A stretch of DNA of 48,833 nt from an uncultured Halieaceae bacterium (GTDB taxonomy: Bacteria > Pseudomonadota > Gammaproteobacteria > Pseudomonadales > Halieaceae): contig CAJWWA010000001.1 of assembly GCA_913048495.1 (NCBI GenBank), positions 1 to 48,833 on the forward strand, written 5' to 3'. Position numbers and translations under genes: made by a program. The notes under the pieces are model-generated. The model had not been told where the DNA came from and ran no database searches. It was given only the letters and a program-made list of their open reading frames with translations. This document shows positions 46,971 through 48,833 of the stretch, piece by piece (positions within the stretch are counted from its first letter, which is position 1; each line of letters starts with the position of its first letter).

Positions 46971-48762
46971 TGTCGACGTCCGTGCCCTTGTGCACGGCGA
47001 CGTGGTAGGCCAGCAGCTGCAGCGCCACGGTGTAGATGATCGGGTTGAGGACCGACGGGGCGTGGGGCATGGGCAGGACGTGGATGCCCGGTGCATCGCT
47101 GAAACCGGCGCTGCCGTCGGCGAACACGTACAGCTCGCCGCCGCGGGAACGCACCTCCTCGAGGTTCGACTTGAGCTTGTCCAGCAGGTCGTCCGTGGGC
47201 GCCACGGCGACCACGGGCATGTCCGCATCCACCAGCGCCAGCGGCCCGTGCTTGAGCTCGCCGGCGGGGTACGCCTCGGCGTGGATGTAGGAGATCTCCT
47301 TGAGCTTGAGGGCGCCCTCGAGGGCGATCGGGTACTCGATGCCGCGGCCCAGGAACAGGGCGTGCTGCTTCTGGATGAAGGCGCCGGCGAGCGCCTCGAT
47401 GGCGCCGTCCAGCGCGAGCACCTGGTCGACGAGGTCCGGCAGGGCGCGCAGGCCGTCGATGAGCGCCTGCTGCTGCGCCTCACTCATGCCGCGGCGCCGG
47501 CCGAGGGCGATCGTCAGCATGAGCAGCGCCACCAGCTGGGTGGTGAAGGCCTTGGTGGAGGCGACGCCGATCTCGGTGCCGGCGCGGGTGAGGAATTTGA
47601 AGTCACTCTCGCGCACCAGCGAGCTGTTGTCGACATTGGCGATCACCAGGCTGGCGATGAACTCGCCGGGGGCCGCGTGGCGCAGTGCCGCCAGCGTGTC
47701 CGCGGTCTCGCCGGACTGGGACACGGTCACCAGCAGCGTGTCCGGGTGCTGCACGCGCCGGCGGTAGCGGAATTCGGAGGCGACCTCCACCTGGCAGGGA
47801 ATGCCGGCCAGCTCCTCGAGCCAGTAGCGGGCGACCAGGCCGGCGTGGTAGCTGGTGCCGCAGGCCACGATCTGCACGCAGCGCGTGCGGTCGAAAGCCG
47901 CGGCCGCGCCCTCGCCGAAGGCGCCATCGTGGATGCTGTGACCGCTCCCCGAACTGAAGGTGGCGGCGAGGGCCTGCGGCTGCTCGTGGATCTCCTTGAG
48001 CATGTAGTGCTCGTAATCGCCGAGGTCCACGGTCTCGATGCCGCTGGCGACGCGCTTGACCGGCCGCTCGACGGCCGTGCCGTCGACGGCAACGACGCGC
48101 AGGGAAGACGCCGTGAGCTCCACGACGTCTCCCTCCTCGAGGTAGACGAAGCGGTCCGTGACCTGGCGCAGGGCCAGCGTGTCGGAGGCGAGGAAGTTCT
48201 CGCCGATGCCCACGCCGATCACCAGCGGGCTGCCCTCGCGCGCGGCGACCACCGTGCCGGGGTGCTCCTTGTCCAGGGCCGCGATGGCGTAGGCGCCGCG
48301 CAGCCGGGCGACGGTGGCGCGCAGGGCGTCGAACAGGCTGTCGCCGCCGGCCAGGGCGCGGTGCAGCAGGTGTGCCACCACCTCCGAGTCAGTCGCGGAA
48401 ACGCAATCGTAGCCGCCGGCCGCCAGCTCTTCCCGCAGTTCCTCGTGGTTCTCGATGATGCCGTTGTGAACCAGCGCGACCCGCTCGGTGGAGATGTGCG
48501 GATGCGCGTTGACCGCCGCCGGCGGACCGTGGGTCGCCCAGCGCGTGTGCGCGAGACCCGAGCAGCCGAGAATCGGGTCCAGGGCCTGGGCCTCCTCGAG
48601 GCGGGCGACCTTGCCCTGCACCTTGTGCAGCTGCAGCTGGCCCTCGTTGTCGACCAGGGCCATGCCCGCGGAGTCGTAGCCGCGGTACTCCAGGCGCCGG
48701 AGCCCCTCGAGGAGGATCTCCGATACTTCCCGGCGGGCGGCCGCCGCAACGATGCCACACAC
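46933..48762 (-). CDS. glmS: Glutamine--fructose-6-phosphate aminotransferase
   Basis: GTG start after an AAGGAGG RBS giving MCGIV (609 aa); LEYRGYDSAG, HTRWATHG, SQSGETADT, GELKHGP, PRNLAKSVTVE. Confidence 0.98.
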   Translation of the reverse strand: MCGIVAAAARREVSEILLEGLRRLEYRGYDSAGMALVDNEGQLQLHKVQGKVARLEEAQALDPILGCSGLAHTRWATHGPPAAVNAHPHISTERVALVHNGIIENHEELREELAAGGYDCVSATDSEVVAHLLHRALAGGDSLFDALRATVARLRGAYAIAALDKEHPGTVVAAREGSPLVIGVGIGENFLASDTLALRQVTDRFVYLEEGDVVELTASSLRVVAVDGTAVERPVKRVASGIETVDLGDYEHYMLKEIHEQPQALAATFSSGSGHSIHDGAFGEGAAAAFDRTRCVQIVACGTSYHAGLVARYWLEELAGIPCQVEVASEFRYRRRVQHPDTLLVTVSQSGETADTLAALRHAAPGEFIASLVIANVDNSSLVRESDFKFLTRAGTEIGVASTKAFTTQLVALLMLTIALGRRRGMSEAQQQALIDGLRALPDLVDQVLALDGAIEALAGAFIQKQHALFLGRGIEYPIALEGALKLKEISYIHAEAYPAGELKHGPLALVDADMPVVAVAPTDDLLDKLKSNLEEVRSRGGELYVFADGSAGFSDAPGIHVLPMPHAPSVLNPIIYTVALQLLAYHVAVHKGTDVDKPRNLAKSVTVE

Positions 48763-48833
48763 GATCAGTGCCCTCCTTTCTCGTCTGCGGCGGCGCCGGG
48801 CCGGCGCACGGCACGCTCGCAACAACATGCACC

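Noticed and set aside
48763-48833. 3' end of an upstream gene (glmU or a DeoR regulator), or a glmS ribozyme
   Set aside because: Only about 70 nt are visible, with no recognisable peptide or ribozyme core.

Overview
High-GC proteobacterial window, probably gammaproteobacterial (inference from gene content), ending in glmS. The centre (about 5.5-30.7 kb) is a phenol catabolic cluster. A DmpR/XylR-type activator with two upstream activating sites (UAS) and a sigma54 promoter drives the phenol hydroxylase genes dmpKLMNOP, ferredoxin dmpQ and catechol 2,3-dioxygenase (C23O). A GntR regulator follows, bracketed by two near-identical C23O copies. The meta-cleavage operon (C23O-dmpC-dmpH...dmpEFG) has no recognisable dmpI. 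In that slot it carries a translationally coupled YCF48/RND/DUF1302/DUF1329 envelope module, and it also contains an HCCA-isomerase-like protein, two GSTs and an ABM-domain membrane protein. dmpD lies divergent from the activator. To the left are an uncharacterised MauG-like diheme enzyme paired with a beta-helix/cytochrome c protein, and a frameshifted FadL-family porin. To the right are DUF2892 and Crp/Fnr, a P3A H+-ATPase/beta-CASP/PiT/DUF47 run, astAB, an OprC-like copper receptor, an orphan HigA, a Calx-beta GDPD lipoprotein, an NsrR/NnrS/CopD-like/NnrU nitric oxide module and glmS with an apparently empty attTn7. I saw no rRNA, tRNA, CRISPR array, integrase or transposase. All calls come from motif recognition by eye; no searches were run.
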